This document shows positions 40,559-50,024 of a DNA stretch of 64,000 bases, in pieces. Position 1 is the stretch's first letter; every line of letters begins with the position of its first letter. The DNA lies in contig OY969559.1 in the NCBI GenBank assembly GCA_963701075.1, positions 1,728,001-1,792,000 on the forward strand, in the 5' to 3' direction. A model generated the notes under the pieces. The model searched no databases. It was not told the origin of the DNA and worked only from the letters and a program-made list of their open reading frames with translations. A program made the position numbers and the translations under genes. The DNA is from an uncultured Nitrososphaerota archaeon. GTDB lineage: Archaea; Thermoproteota; Nitrososphaeria; Nitrososphaerales; Nitrosopumilaceae.

Positions 40559-40775
40559 TTAAATCCCTGAACTCTATGATGCCAAACTTTTTCTTTACAA
40601 TTATCGCCAGAACAGCAACAACAACCAAGAAAGCAATAGCAACTACAAAGATATTATTATCATGAGTAGCAAACCAACCAACAATCGCAAGAATTTCAAT
40701 TCCAAATACAAACGAAAGTATTTTCTTAAGAAACCTATACAATTCTAAACCGCTTACGCTCTTTCTCAATCTCAT
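40542..40775 (-). CDS. small two-TM protein
   Basis: 77 aa; start overlaps ATPase stop. Confidence 0.55.
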   Translation of the reverse strand: MRLRKSVSGLELYRFLKKILSFVFGIEILAIVGWFATHDNNIFVVAIAFLVVVAVLAIIVKKKFGIIEFRDLNGKKS

Positions 40776-42508
40776 TTCTCAAGTTCCTTTACAGTGTCAG
40801 CCAATTCATTTAACAAAACAATTTTTGTCTTTCCAGCCTCTACACACGAAAGATATGAATATCGTTCACGATCCTGCTCGTTGCAAACTACCGTAATCAC
40901 AAACTTATCAGACGCATTTGTCTTTTGGTCGTATTCAGCAAGGCTCTTCTTTAGCGATGTTTCGCACTCAATATCAAAGCCATCGCATATAATATCCACT
41001 CCTTGATTGATAAAACCAAGTTCATATTTTGCATTAGTCTTTTTCAGAATCACCTCACAGTCTTTGAGCATTGTGCGGTGCAATTGACTCTCTCCATTTG
41101 GGATAGAGAAGTAATATCGTCTAGGCTTCTGTCCCGCCTTCAAGGTTGAAGTTACATACAGTTTTTCACGTATTTTTTCTTCTTTAACAAGACGCTTCAG
41201 GATATTTACTATTCCAAGCCTCTCCATGCTGTTCTTGGGATAGCCTAACGCAGTTGCTATCTCTGAATAATACATACAAAAATCAGATTTTGTCAAAACT
41301 TCTATGACTCTACTTTCAATCTCATTAGCAGTTTCTTTCTCTTTCTTTGCTTCCTCCTTCTGCTCTTCTTCCGTAAAACTTTCGTCAGGTTCGGAACAAA
41401 ATCTAGCCTCTAATTTCGCATTTTCCAAGTTATCATAATTCAATTTCCATACAGGTATCACACCTTCACCATGCTCATACTTCAAATCCATAAATTCAAA
41501 ATCAGAGAGCAATCTCACTCCATCCCTGACATACGCCCCATGCGCTCCCTCAATCGCTTTCATATCTTCATCATTAGAATTACGGAAGCAAAAGACGCTA
41601 CCAAAATGCCCACGATAATCTTTATCGAGATGACAGAAATTTTGAGTTATAATTATTAGATGTATGAAATACGCACCTTGCAAAAGTAGGTTACCGATAA
41701 TAGATTTCTGTTGTTTTGCTTGTAGTAAGTGCCAAGCCTCATCTATGACAATATACAATTTCTTTTCTCTTTGTTCTTGTTCCTCGATCCTGGCAATCTG
41801 TCTTAGATAATATTCTGCAAAGAATGTTTTAACTTCCTCATCTGCTAGATTGCCAAAATCCAACACTATGTCACCCTTTCTGAAATCTATGCTACCAGTT
41901 TTAGCGTTCTTGGTTGCTTCTTCAAGTAGCCTAACCTTACTTTCAACTAAATTTGCTATGTTATTTTCCCAATTGCCTTTTGCGACCTTGTTTAACTTCT
42001 CAAAGAACTCGCTGAAACTCTGAGGCTTCTGCCTCATTACTTCTGCATATCTAGACTTTATTGTATCAATCATCAGTCCTCGACTATTTGCCTCTGCAAA
42101 GAAAGCCGTGCCAAACGCCTCTATTGCACTCTGCGAATCTTCCCAGAAATTCGGTAAATGCTGGCTTACGTCAGTCCAATTATACCCAAAATCAAAATCT
42201 CTTATTTTAAGTTGAAACTTCTTAAATGAGACGATGATTTTTCTTTGTGGTAATTTTATGCAATTATATTCTCCAAGCGAAGTCTTACCCAACCTACTTC
42301 CACCAATAATTTCTGCGTTCCTGTTTGCTTTCGATTGAGTGTACGCAATTAAATCAAAACCTGTCGAATGCACATATTGTTTTTTAATTTGTAAAAAGTT
42401 GTGCAAGTCCTTATTCTCAATCCTACAAATAACCGCAGTAATAGCCACATCAGGCTTATGCCCGTGCTTCCAAAACTTCCAACCCAAAATACTACCACCG
42501 ATCGCCAC
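40772..42508 (-). CDS. HerA/FtsK/VirB4-superfamily ATPase with N-terminal TM, wHTH and PD-(D/E)xK-like C-terminal domain
   Basis: Walker A GGSRLGKT, Walker B IVIDEAW, IIITQ; C-terminal ESQLH...VDII...DIECET; frame stays open upstream through a hydrophobic stretch. Confidence 0.75.
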   Translation of the reverse strand: MAIGGSILGWKFWKHGHKPDVAITAVICRIENKDLHNFLQIKKQYVHSTGFDLIAYTQSKANRNAEIIGGSRLGKTSLGEYNCIKLPQRKIIVSFKKFQLKIRDFDFGYNWTDVSQHLPNFWEDSQSAIEAFGTAFFAEANSRGLMIDTIKSRYAEVMRQKPQSFSEFFEKLNKVAKGNWENNIANLVESKVRLLEEATKNAKTGSIDFRKGDIVLDFGNLADEEVKTFFAEYYLRQIARIEEQEQREKKLYIVIDEAWHLLQAKQQKSIIGNLLLQGAYFIHLIIITQNFCHLDKDYRGHFGSVFCFRNSNDEDMKAIEGAHGAYVRDGVRLLSDFEFMDLKYEHGEGVIPVWKLNYDNLENAKLEARFCSEPDESFTEEEQKEEAKKEKETANEIESRVIEVLTKSDFCMYYSEIATALGYPKNSMERLGIVNILKRLVKEEKIREKLYVTSTLKAGQKPRRYYFSIPNGESQLHRTMLKDCEVILKKTNAKYELGFINQGVDIICDGFDIECETSLKKSLAEYDQKTNASDKFVITVVCNEQDRERYSYLSCVEAGKTKIVLLNELADTVKELEK

Positions 42509-42896
42509 AGCGACAAGCCAATAATGCAGATACGCAAGTAAAGCAAGAGCAGACGCTAACGCAAAGTAGCGTGCAAAATGAACGTCTTTTGGAACATGTC
42601 TTATCTAATCTACCAATAATATTATGCACCAAAATAACTAAATGGCTTTGCATCAACCACACCCTGCAGGAATTTCGTCTAGCGATTTTTTCTTCTTTCT
42701 TTTTTCAAGTATTATCTTGATAAGTTCGTATAACTCTTCAACAGGCATAGTCTCAGCCTTGGCAATCGCATTCTCGCATTCTTCTTCATAACCCAGTAAT
42801 TTATCAAGTTCTAGTGTTTCTTCGTCAGTTACTCGACAATTATACGATGATGGATTTCAAGTCGTTGTCTTACAATTTCAGAAAGTCTAATGCCAC

Positions 42897-44045
42897 TCAT
42901 GCCGTTGTAGTCTCCCCATCATCCAATTTCTTTTTCCATGAATTTACAATGCGTAAAACAACTTCGTGCTCGCTTCTAGAACTTCTAAAAATTTTTTCAA
43001 CCTCATTTTTATGAAGATCGCACCATACGCCCAAGCCACGCTCAAAAAAGTCTTTTTTGTATGACTGTAATTTGTTCCATACATTCTTTCTAGAAATAAT
43101 TATCCTTTCCTCGATTTCTACTCTAGTTGTATCTGTTCTAACCCCTAGTGCGTCTCTTTCAGAGATCACAGAAGTTCTGACATTTGTATTTGTGGCATCT
43201 CTTAATTGAATAACAGGCTGTGGTGGTGGAGGTGGTAAACGTGGTCTTAAACTCCACGCAATAGAGAAGAAAATCGCTACCACAGTCAAACAAATCAATA
43301 CTGCAACGAAGAGCCAGTTATTGAAATGGAAAGCATCATCCTGTTGCCCTGAACTTTGTCCTGTATTTTGTGGCTCATGTGCTTGACTATATGTAGACTC
43401 TGTTCCTAGATTGGAAGAACCAGAAGAGCCAACAGGGGCAGTTGAAGCCGAAGACTCAACAACATCAACATCAGTTAAATTGAATTTTGATTGATATGGA
43501 TTTCCCACCGAATTTATGGCAACAAATGCGAAAATATGCATACTTGGTAATAGATGAATTTCGTTGAATGTGAAACTAGTCGCAGGATAGTATGTTTTTA
43601 AAAATTTTCCATCTTCGTAAAGGTCAATAGAACAAGGGCATAACGTTGCATCTGGTATCCACCCTGCCACAGTAAACTCTTGACCTGCTCCAATAGTTTC
43701 ATTTAGAACCGCAGAATTGATATGAAACTCATTACTATTTTGAACACTTCCCTGTTGTCCTGAATCCTGCGCCTGACCAGAAATCCGCAAATTACTTTTT
43801 TCTTCTACACTTTTAGGGACATAATCATCACAATTCCCATAGTTATCTAATCTATCACAAACCCATCCCGTTGCAGAGCAAGAGCCTAAACCAGCCGAAT
43901 GACTGCACATGTAATTTCCATAATAATTTTCTGCAAATGCAGACTGAATAAATAAAATCAAAAAGAAAAATGAAAGAAGTGTTACGATTTTCAAGATCGC
44001 ACCTCTATTTTTCTTACGAGACTGGCGAGGTAGACATCTCCGCAT
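42897..44045 (-). CDS. exported, Cys-rich, membrane-anchored protein (adhesin/spike-like)
   Basis: Signal peptide, Cys-rich N-domain, Ser/Gly linker, TM helix, poly-Pro, cytoplasmic tail. Confidence 0.65.
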   Translation of the reverse strand: MRRCLPRQSRKKNRGAILKIVTLLSFFFLILFIQSAFAENYYGNYMCSHSAGLGSCSATGWVCDRLDNYGNCDDYVPKSVEEKSNLRISGQAQDSGQQGSVQNSNEFHINSAVLNETIGAGQEFTVAGWIPDATLCPCSIDLYEDGKFLKTYYPATSFTFNEIHLLPSMHIFAFVAINSVGNPYQSKFNLTDVDVVESSASTAPVGSSGSSNLGTESTYSQAHEPQNTGQSSGQQDDAFHFNNWLFVAVLICLTVVAIFFSIAWSLRPRLPPPPPQPVIQLRDATNTNVRTSVISERDALGVRTDTTRVEIEERIIISRKNVWNKLQSYKKDFFERGLGVWCDLHKNEVEKIFRSSRSEHEVVLRIVNSWKKKLDDGETTTA

Positions 44046-44131
44046 TTTTGACGCTGTTCTGGGCTATGTCCTGTATTATCTTCCGTTGGTCTGATGGGAT
44101 TTCCACAAACGATGCAGCGATTATTCGGCAT
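43991..44131 (-). CDS. small zinc-finger protein
   Basis: MPNNRCIVCG...H...KC. Confidence 0.5.
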   Translation of the reverse strand: MPNNRCIVCGNPIRPTEDNTGHSPEQRQKCGDVYLASLVRKIEVRS

Positions 44132-44252
44132 TTCCCTGCGATTCCTTCGGCACATACTTCCAAAGGGAGATGTATCCAATCAGTTCCTCTTTCCCGTCAG
44201 TTCCTTTTTTTACGACTTTTCCCGTATAGGTAGGGCTTGAGTTCTTTGTCAT
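44121..44252 (-). CDS. small hypothetical protein (43 aa, not in ORF track)
   Basis: MTKNSSPTYTGKVVKKGTDGKEELIGYISLWKYVPKESQGNAE; first gene of the minus-strand operon, overlaps next start. Confidence 0.4.
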   Translation of the reverse strand: MTKNSSPTYTGKVVKKGTDGKEELIGYISLWKYVPKESQGNAE

Positions 44253-44339
44253 TAAGGTTGTAATACACCGACTAAATAATTAAAAAGCCAGACCAAAACA
44301 ACCGTTGTCCAGAACGTCGCAGAAAACTTTTTAGCTCTA

Positions 44340-45053
44340 ATGGTCAAAATAGCAACAGTGTCTAATAGAGTCAACCAACCTCCAGATCCTTTCAAACATC
44401 TAGAAACATCTCAACGTCCTCCATCTTCCACAAATCTCCTAAAAGCAGAACAGTGGATTATTTTCACCCTACTTGTCGCAGACGAATTTGAATTTGATGC
44501 TGACTTTAATTTAAAAACAAAACAGTCTCACAGCAGATTATCAGTAAATGAACTTGTTAGGGCAGTCCAGAAAAATCTTAAACAATTCCAACCTGACGCT
44601 AAAATCTCAGAAACCACAATCAAAAACGCAAGACTTCATCTTGTAGAATTAGGCGTAATCAAAGAAATTCATGACAAAAAGAGCAATATCAAAAACCCTC
44701 CTACCGTGAGTTATCTTAACTATGGCAATCCATATGTTAAGTCACAGATTCAACATGAAAGACAAGAAGAATTTGAAAAAAGAATCATACCAAAATTAAA
44801 ACATGGTGTTTATCTTAAGTATTTAACAGAATTAAATTTCTATCAGACGCTATTAAGATTGATAGTGAATTCTAATGATAGACATTACTGGCAAGAACAC
44901 TCCATGGACATTCCATATCATTTCAATGGCATTACTGAAGAAGCAAAACAAGAGATATTATCTAACATAGAGGATTTAATTCAAGATAAGAAGGACGAAG
45001 TAAAAAAATTACTTGATAAATACAATAACAAAAAAATACGACTTACTCAATAA
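44340..45053 (+). CDS. winged-helix protein, divergent regulator candidate
   Basis: LSVNELV...ISETTIKNARLHLVELGVI wHTH pattern. Confidence 0.6.
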   Translation: MVKIATVSNRVNQPPDPFKHLETSQRPPSSTNLLKAEQWIIFTLLVADEFEFDADFNLKTKQSHSRLSVNELVRAVQKNLKQFQPDAKISETTIKNARLHLVELGVIKEIHDKKSNIKNPPTVSYLNYGNPYVKSQIQHERQEEFEKRIIPKLKHGVYLKYLTELNFYQTLLRLIVNSNDRHYWQEHSMDIPYHFNGITEEAKQEILSNIEDLIQDKKDEVKKLLDKYNNKKIRLTQ

Positions 45054-45056
45054 TCA

Positions 45057-46130
45057 TTACTTCTCTTTACCTAAAAGTTCATACAAATTACGAATATCTT
45101 GTTTCAGTTCAGCAATTTCTCGGTCTTTATTGTCTTGTAGTTCAGATATTTTTTCTTGTTGATTCTGAATAATTCTCTGGCTCTCATCAATCATCAACGT
45201 ATTCATGTGCTTGGCATATTCACCGAGCAGTTGAGCTGCACTTGGTTTGAAATACGAATTGTCAAGTTTTACCACTCCTGAATGTCCTGCAAGCTTTTCA
45301 ATTAAGGAAATATTAGCATTATCTGCACTCTTGCACAAAGTGATAAATCGTGTCCGATAACTATGGCTCATCGCCTGCGAATGCCTGACATACTTTCCGT
45401 AATTTTTCCCCCTGACTTTGCACGCCATTCGATACAAGACCAGCTTTATCGAAGTGTAGCTCATGGGTTTGACAGGCTCTATACCAATTCTAAAAGAAGA
45501 CCGCAATAAAGGGCTTGAACCCTTGATGCTTTCTCCAACAGTTCTACGGCTTTCAATATACGAATCCAGTAGTTTTGAGCAAGACGCATTTACGAATGCT
45601 ATGTATTCATCTTTCGTTCCAAAATACACAATAATTTTTTTGCAACCATATTCTACATTAGAAACATGTTCTATTTTCAGCAGAGGCAAAGACCCAACTC
45701 TGACTCCGCTTGCGCACAAGATATTTACGATTAGTTTGTTTCGCAGACTTTCGCCGTCCAGCATGGTCTTGATTTGTTCATTACTCCAAAATCCACCGCC
45801 TCCTGCCTTTGAGGTTTCTGGATACATCTTTTTCAATTTTTTAATCCGCACTTCCTTATCGTTCAAAGTAAGAAATAGATCAATCGCATTAATCTGCGTC
45901 CGTATAGAACTTGTGGATAATCTCTTTTTCATGTGAAACAAATAGTCTTCTAAAATCTGTTGCAGAAAATCCGTCTTTAGTTGTAATAGTCCTTCTGGAG
46001 TAGAAATCTTAGCCCATTCACAAAACTTTCTTAGTGCATAGTGGTAAGCCTTCCTCGTGGCCTCTGACTTTATCGCATTATCAAAAACCAACATAGCCCT
46101 GTTTTCCACATATCCTTTACCATTCCACAA
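45057..46130 (-). CDS. tyrosine recombinase/integrase
   Basis: Catalytic R (SGVRVG), K (GTKD), HxxR (HSYR), H (LAGH), Y (NSYF). Confidence 0.9.
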   Translation of the reverse strand: MWNGKGYVENRAMLVFDNAIKSEATRKAYHYALRKFCEWAKISTPEGLLQLKTDFLQQILEDYLFHMKKRLSTSSIRTQINAIDLFLTLNDKEVRIKKLKKMYPETSKAGGGGFWSNEQIKTMLDGESLRNKLIVNILCASGVRVGSLPLLKIEHVSNVEYGCKKIIVYFGTKDEYIAFVNASCSKLLDSYIESRRTVGESIKGSSPLLRSSFRIGIEPVKPMSYTSIKLVLYRMACKVRGKNYGKYVRHSQAMSHSYRTRFITLCKSADNANISLIEKLAGHSGVVKLDNSYFKPSAAQLLGEYAKHMNTLMIDESQRIIQNQQEKISELQDNKDREIAELKQDIRNLYELLGKEK

Positions 46131-46192
46131 TAATTAAGCTTCATATCGCCAAACTATATCAAGTGGTAAAGCTTCAGCTCTTGTGAATACAT

Positions 46193-46807
46193 TTGGACGC
46201 ACTTGACAAGGAAATAATTTCAATATGTTATGTTGCCTCACTTTCCGGAGAAGATCCAGTGGAGATAATAAGAAAAAAACTCTCTATTAGTCCCGATTAC
46301 ATCGCAAGCAGACTTGATTTGCTTGTAAAAAATGGTCTGATTGAAAAAGACAGGACATTGACTGAGATTGGGAGGGGTGCTATCAGAGTAGTGCTGGCAG
46401 GAGGAGTCTTTGATATAATTCATCCCGGGCACATACACACACTGAGAGGTGCAAAGGCACTTGGAAATGTACTGGTGGTAGTTGTCGCAACAGATGCCAC
46501 TGCACAAAAGATGAAAAAACGCATACCATTGCACAACATGGAGTTGCGAAGAGACCTTGTCGGCTCACTGTCAATGGTAGACTATGCAGTGGTTGGCCGC
46601 GAGGGTGACATATTCAAGACCGTAGAGCGCATCAAGCCCAACATTGTAGCGTTAGGCTATGACCAGATACACCAAGAAAAATTCATCATAGATGGATGCA
46701 AAAAGATTGGAGTAGAGGTATCAATTGCAAGGCTCCAGTCCCCAATACCAGATGTCAAGAGCTCAAAGATAGAAAGTGATTATGGAAAATCCATCTACGG
46801 TATCTAA
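46193..46807 (+). CDS. cytidylyltransferase-family protein (FAD synthetase-like) with N-terminal HTH
   Basis: GGVFDIIHPGH, ALGYDQ. Confidence 0.82.
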   Translation: MDALDKEIISICYVASLSGEDPVEIIRKKLSISPDYIASRLDLLVKNGLIEKDRTLTEIGRGAIRVVLAGGVFDIIHPGHIHTLRGAKALGNVLVVVVATDATAQKMKKRIPLHNMELRRDLVGSLSMVDYAVVGREGDIFKTVERIKPNIVALGYDQIHQEKFIIDGCKKIGVEVSIARLQSPIPDVKSSKIESDYGKSIYGI

Positions 46808-46818
46808 GTGTCACGCAG

Positions 46819-47512
46819 TCACTGTGAAAGTTTAGGTTTTACATTGACCCGAATCGTAACTTGTGAGCCCGTTGAAAGCTTTGTCAACTTTTTGATGTTC
46901 TCTTTTGAGACAAGCTCTATTATGGAATCATCATGGTGTGTTCGTTCAAGTAGAATCAGTGCGGCATCCACGTTGTTGATCCTTGCCGGATAGCACTTGA
47001 CCCATCCATAGGTGCGTTTGCCGTCCGAGAATCCAGCTACCATTATTGCAGGATGTGCGTCAAGTGATCGTTTTGCCTCAATGAACTCCTTGTCCTTGAG
47101 TTTTACATTGAGTGTTCCCGGAAACGGGGCATAACCAAGCTTTGACTTGAATTGTTTTGTGTAGCCTTTCATTGACATGTAGTATGCCCCCTCTCCCATC
47201 CCTGAAATTATTGTTCCCTTAAACTCCACATATGGTAAAGAGGTCTCAAGACTTGATTTTAAGACAGAGAAAATCTTTGACATCTCCGCATGTCCTTTGG
47301 TTGTAATTCGAATAGATACTTTTGGCCCTGTCCTTAGCCGCTCTATGTATCCATCAGCTTCTCAGCTCCAAGAGATGTTTTGATGCAGCTTGTTGAGATT
47401 TGTGTATGCTTTGTCCAAGCGATGAGGTTGTGATTGGAATGTAATTATATCGCGCACCTTTGGCAAAAAGTTCTGCAAGCGTGAGTATGTGTTGTAGCTT
47501 TAGTTCCGGCAT
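46819..47512 (-). CDS. ribK: CTP-dependent riboflavin kinase with wHTH (frameshift near 47363)
   Basis: SGMGEGAYY, PFPGTLN, ERTHH; upstream frame MPELKLQHILTLAELF...SQQAASKHL. Confidence 0.85.
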
Positions 47513-47517
47513 TGGTT

Positions 47518-48663
47518 TTATGCAATACCAAGCTCTGTAAATGTTTTGAGGGTCAGCCCGTCAGTTGATTTTAGGTTTGCAGCCCTATGCCCTACAACGC
47601 ACTCTATTCCTGCCTGTTTTGCAGAATCAATGAGCCTCTGTGTTATGATGCCGTCAAGTACGAGGTACTTTATTCCAGAACCAGGAGAGAGTTTTGCCAC
47701 TATCTCGCTTACAGGAACTTTGAATAGACTATTGAGTCCCTCATCTAGCGCTACAGCCTCTAGAGATTCATTGAGATCCGGATATACTTTTTTTACAATG
47801 TTTGCGATTGGTTCATCTTTTGGATCCTGAAGTTTTGGTTTGGCAGTTTCTTTTTTCATCTCCTCTGCTGTTTCCTTGAGAATATCTGCAATTTGTTGAG
47901 GAGTAAGTTCTTCTACCTCCACACCATCTGGTGCGCGATGAACCACGTCAACTGTTACAAGTGACTTTAATTCTTTTAAGATGAAACCGCCTGCCCTGTC
48001 CCCGTCAAGAAATGCAACTACTTTTTGCTTTGATTCACAAAGTGACTTGATGGATTCGTCAATCCTTGCACCTTCTATTGCAAGTGCGTTGTCAAATCCC
48101 GCCCTTAGAAGATTTATCACGTCTGCTCTTCCCTCAACTAGAATTACCCAAGGTGCATCAAAGACTCCTGAACCGCATGCAAGTTTTTCTTTTCCAAATG
48201 CAACAAGTTTTCCAGAAGATGTTACTTCTTGGACGTCCTTTAGCATCTCGTCTCCTTCACTAATTGTTTTGGTAGACCATTTCTGAACAATCTGTTTTGC
48301 TCTGTCAACAATCTCTTTCTTTTTGGCAGAACGAACATCCTCTATTGCTTCCAGTTTAAAGTTCGCCTGGAATGGGCCCACTTTATCGATGCTTTCTATT
48401 GCAGCTGCAATTAGTGCGGCAGTATTGATATCAGTACTCATAGGAATTAAGGCATCGCCTTTTGTTTGATTAGTCGTGCTCGTAGTGTTGACCTCGATTC
48501 GTCCTACTTTCGAGACTTTCTGAAGTTCATTTAGGTTCATCTCTGGACCAAGCAGACCTTCTGTTTGGCCAAAAATAGCGCCTATGATATCGGCTTTTTC
48601 GACGAGTCCATCTACGTCAAAGCTGAGCTTAACGTGATACTTGACAATTCCACTATATGGCAA
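47518..48663 (-). CDS. dnaG: archaeal DnaG-like primase
   Basis: GAIFGQTEGLLG, VEGRADV, FLDGDRAG, DGIITQRL. Confidence 0.93.
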   Translation of the reverse strand: MPYSGIVKYHVKLSFDVDGLVEKADIIGAIFGQTEGLLGPEMNLNELQKVSKVGRIEVNTTSTTNQTKGDALIPMSTDINTAALIAAAIESIDKVGPFQANFKLEAIEDVRSAKKKEIVDRAKQIVQKWSTKTISEGDEMLKDVQEVTSSGKLVAFGKEKLACGSGVFDAPWVILVEGRADVINLLRAGFDNALAIEGARIDESIKSLCESKQKVVAFLDGDRAGGFILKELKSLVTVDVVHRAPDGVEVEELTPQQIADILKETAEEMKKETAKPKLQDPKDEPIANIVKKVYPDLNESLEAVALDEGLNSLFKVPVSEIVAKLSPGSGIKYLVLDGIITQRLIDSAKQAGIECVVGHRAANLKSTDGLTLKTFTELGIA

Positions 48664-48728
48664 ATCATTATCCTCTTAATTTTTTATCAATTAACATTCT
48701 TCAGGGGCAGATATAAGTGCTTATTGTC

Positions 48729-50006
48729 GGTTCTGTCAACTTGATGGCTCATGACAGGCATGTAAACTTTTTATGATATATCACAATTACCTTCTTCTTA
48801 AGAAGATCAGAGATATCAAAAGCCTGCCGTGCTATCAGTCAAGTGTGCAACACAGAATCATCGCTGTACCGAGATTCTACCAGTGATGAAGGATTTCAGG
48901 TTTGTCGTAAACGAGGCAATAAGGCTAGGTATCGAACATGATATCACATCTAGATTTAAACTGCGTAGTCTTGTCTATCCAAGGTTCAACAAGACGATGT
49001 ATTCCGGATATGTCCAAACTGCAATCTGGAAGGCTTGTGCCATGCTCAAAAACTATCGTCGAGCAAAAAAGAAGAATACGAGTGTAAAGATACCATTTAT
49101 GAAAAGATGCATACTTGTAATTGATAACCAGAGATACGAACTGGTCTACAACCATCTCAAGTTTCCGGTTAGACCAAGACAGTTTGTCTACATCCCTCTC
49201 AATCACTATACCTGTAATGTTTTGTTGCAACCAGGTCTGAAACTAGGAGAGGTTACATTAACTGATAGAAAATTATCCATATCTTATACAAGAGAGATGC
49301 CAAGAAAGGAACCGGCTGTATGCATTGGAATTGACATGAACCTTGAGAACGCAACTGGCACGGACGAAACAGGCACCACTACGGTACTAGACATGTCTGA
49401 TATCGTATCAATGAAAGTAAGATACAGAGATGTACTGTCACACTTTACAAGAAACGATGCCAGAATACAGAAGAGACTCAAACAAAAATATGGCAAGAAA
49501 CAAAAGAACAGAGAAGATACATTCCTGCACCAGAAATCAAGGGAGATTGTATCGCAAGGCAGACAGGTCATAATGGAGAAGCTCACTGGAATGCGAAAAC
49601 TGTACAGAAAGGGAAATGGTCAGGGAAGAATATTTAGGTTCAGACTAAACTCGTGGTCAAGATTCAAGCTGCAGCGACAGATTCAATACAAGTCGGTTGA
49701 CTGGAACAGCCTTGAAGTGATTTTTGTAAAACCAAATGGGACCTCATCGAGGTGTGCGGCATGTGGGTCTAAAATGATACCCGAAGAGCACCGAGTGATG
49801 AGATGTCCGACCTGTCGTATTACGATAGACAGGGATGTAAACGCCAGCAGAAACATTCTGGCTAGAGGCTTGGCAATGCTGGAACAGAAAGTGCCAGCAC
49901 GGTTCGAGCCTGACGCAGTGCAAGGTGAAGCGATGAAGCAGTTCAAAGATGTGGAGCAGATTGCACCGAGTCTACTTGTTGGATGAGCCATCAAGTTGAC
50001 AGAACC
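48729..50006 (+). mobile_element. 1278-bp TIR/TSD-bounded element encoding only TnpB
   Basis: Perfect 24-bp TIR GGTTCTGTCAACTTGATGGCTCAT (48729-48752 / 49983-50006); 8-bp duplication TTATTGTC (48721-48728 / 50007-50014). Confidence 0.92.
48829..49986 (+). CDS. tnpB: TnpB-family RNA-guided endonuclease
   Basis: RuvC-I IGIDMN, RuvC-II IMEKL, zinc finger CAAC/CPTC, RuvC-III DRDVNASRNI. Confidence 0.92.
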   Translation: MLSVKCATQNHRCTEILPVMKDFRFVVNEAIRLGIEHDITSRFKLRSLVYPRFNKTMYSGYVQTAIWKACAMLKNYRRAKKKNTSVKIPFMKRCILVIDNQRYELVYNHLKFPVRPRQFVYIPLNHYTCNVLLQPGLKLGEVTLTDRKLSISYTREMPRKEPAVCIGIDMNLENATGTDETGTTTVLDMSDIVSMKVRYRDVLSHFTRNDARIQKRLKQKYGKKQKNREDTFLHQKSREIVSQGRQVIMEKLTGMRKLYRKGNGQGRIFRFRLNSWSRFKLQRQIQYKSVDWNSLEVIFVKPNGTSSRCAACGSKMIPEEHRVMRCPTCRITIDRDVNASRNILARGLAMLEQKVPARFEPDAVQGEAMKQFKDVEQIAPSLLVG

Positions 50007-50024
50007 TTATTGTCAGATCCTCGT

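Larger units (their letters stand above)
36391..46168. mobile_element. ~9.8-kb tyrosine-recombinase integrated element (cryptic provirus/plasmid-like)
   Basis: Block of non-core ORFs between dph5 and the cytidylyltransferase gene; integrase at right end; 11-bp near-identical direct repeat ATCAAGTGKTA at 36391-36401 and 46158-46168. Confidence 0.75.

Noticed and set aside
45057-46130. Integrase as a canonical integron IntI
   Set aside because: I could not recognise the IntI-specific insertion or the typical IntI motifs, and the repeats lack a clear RYYYAAC partner box.
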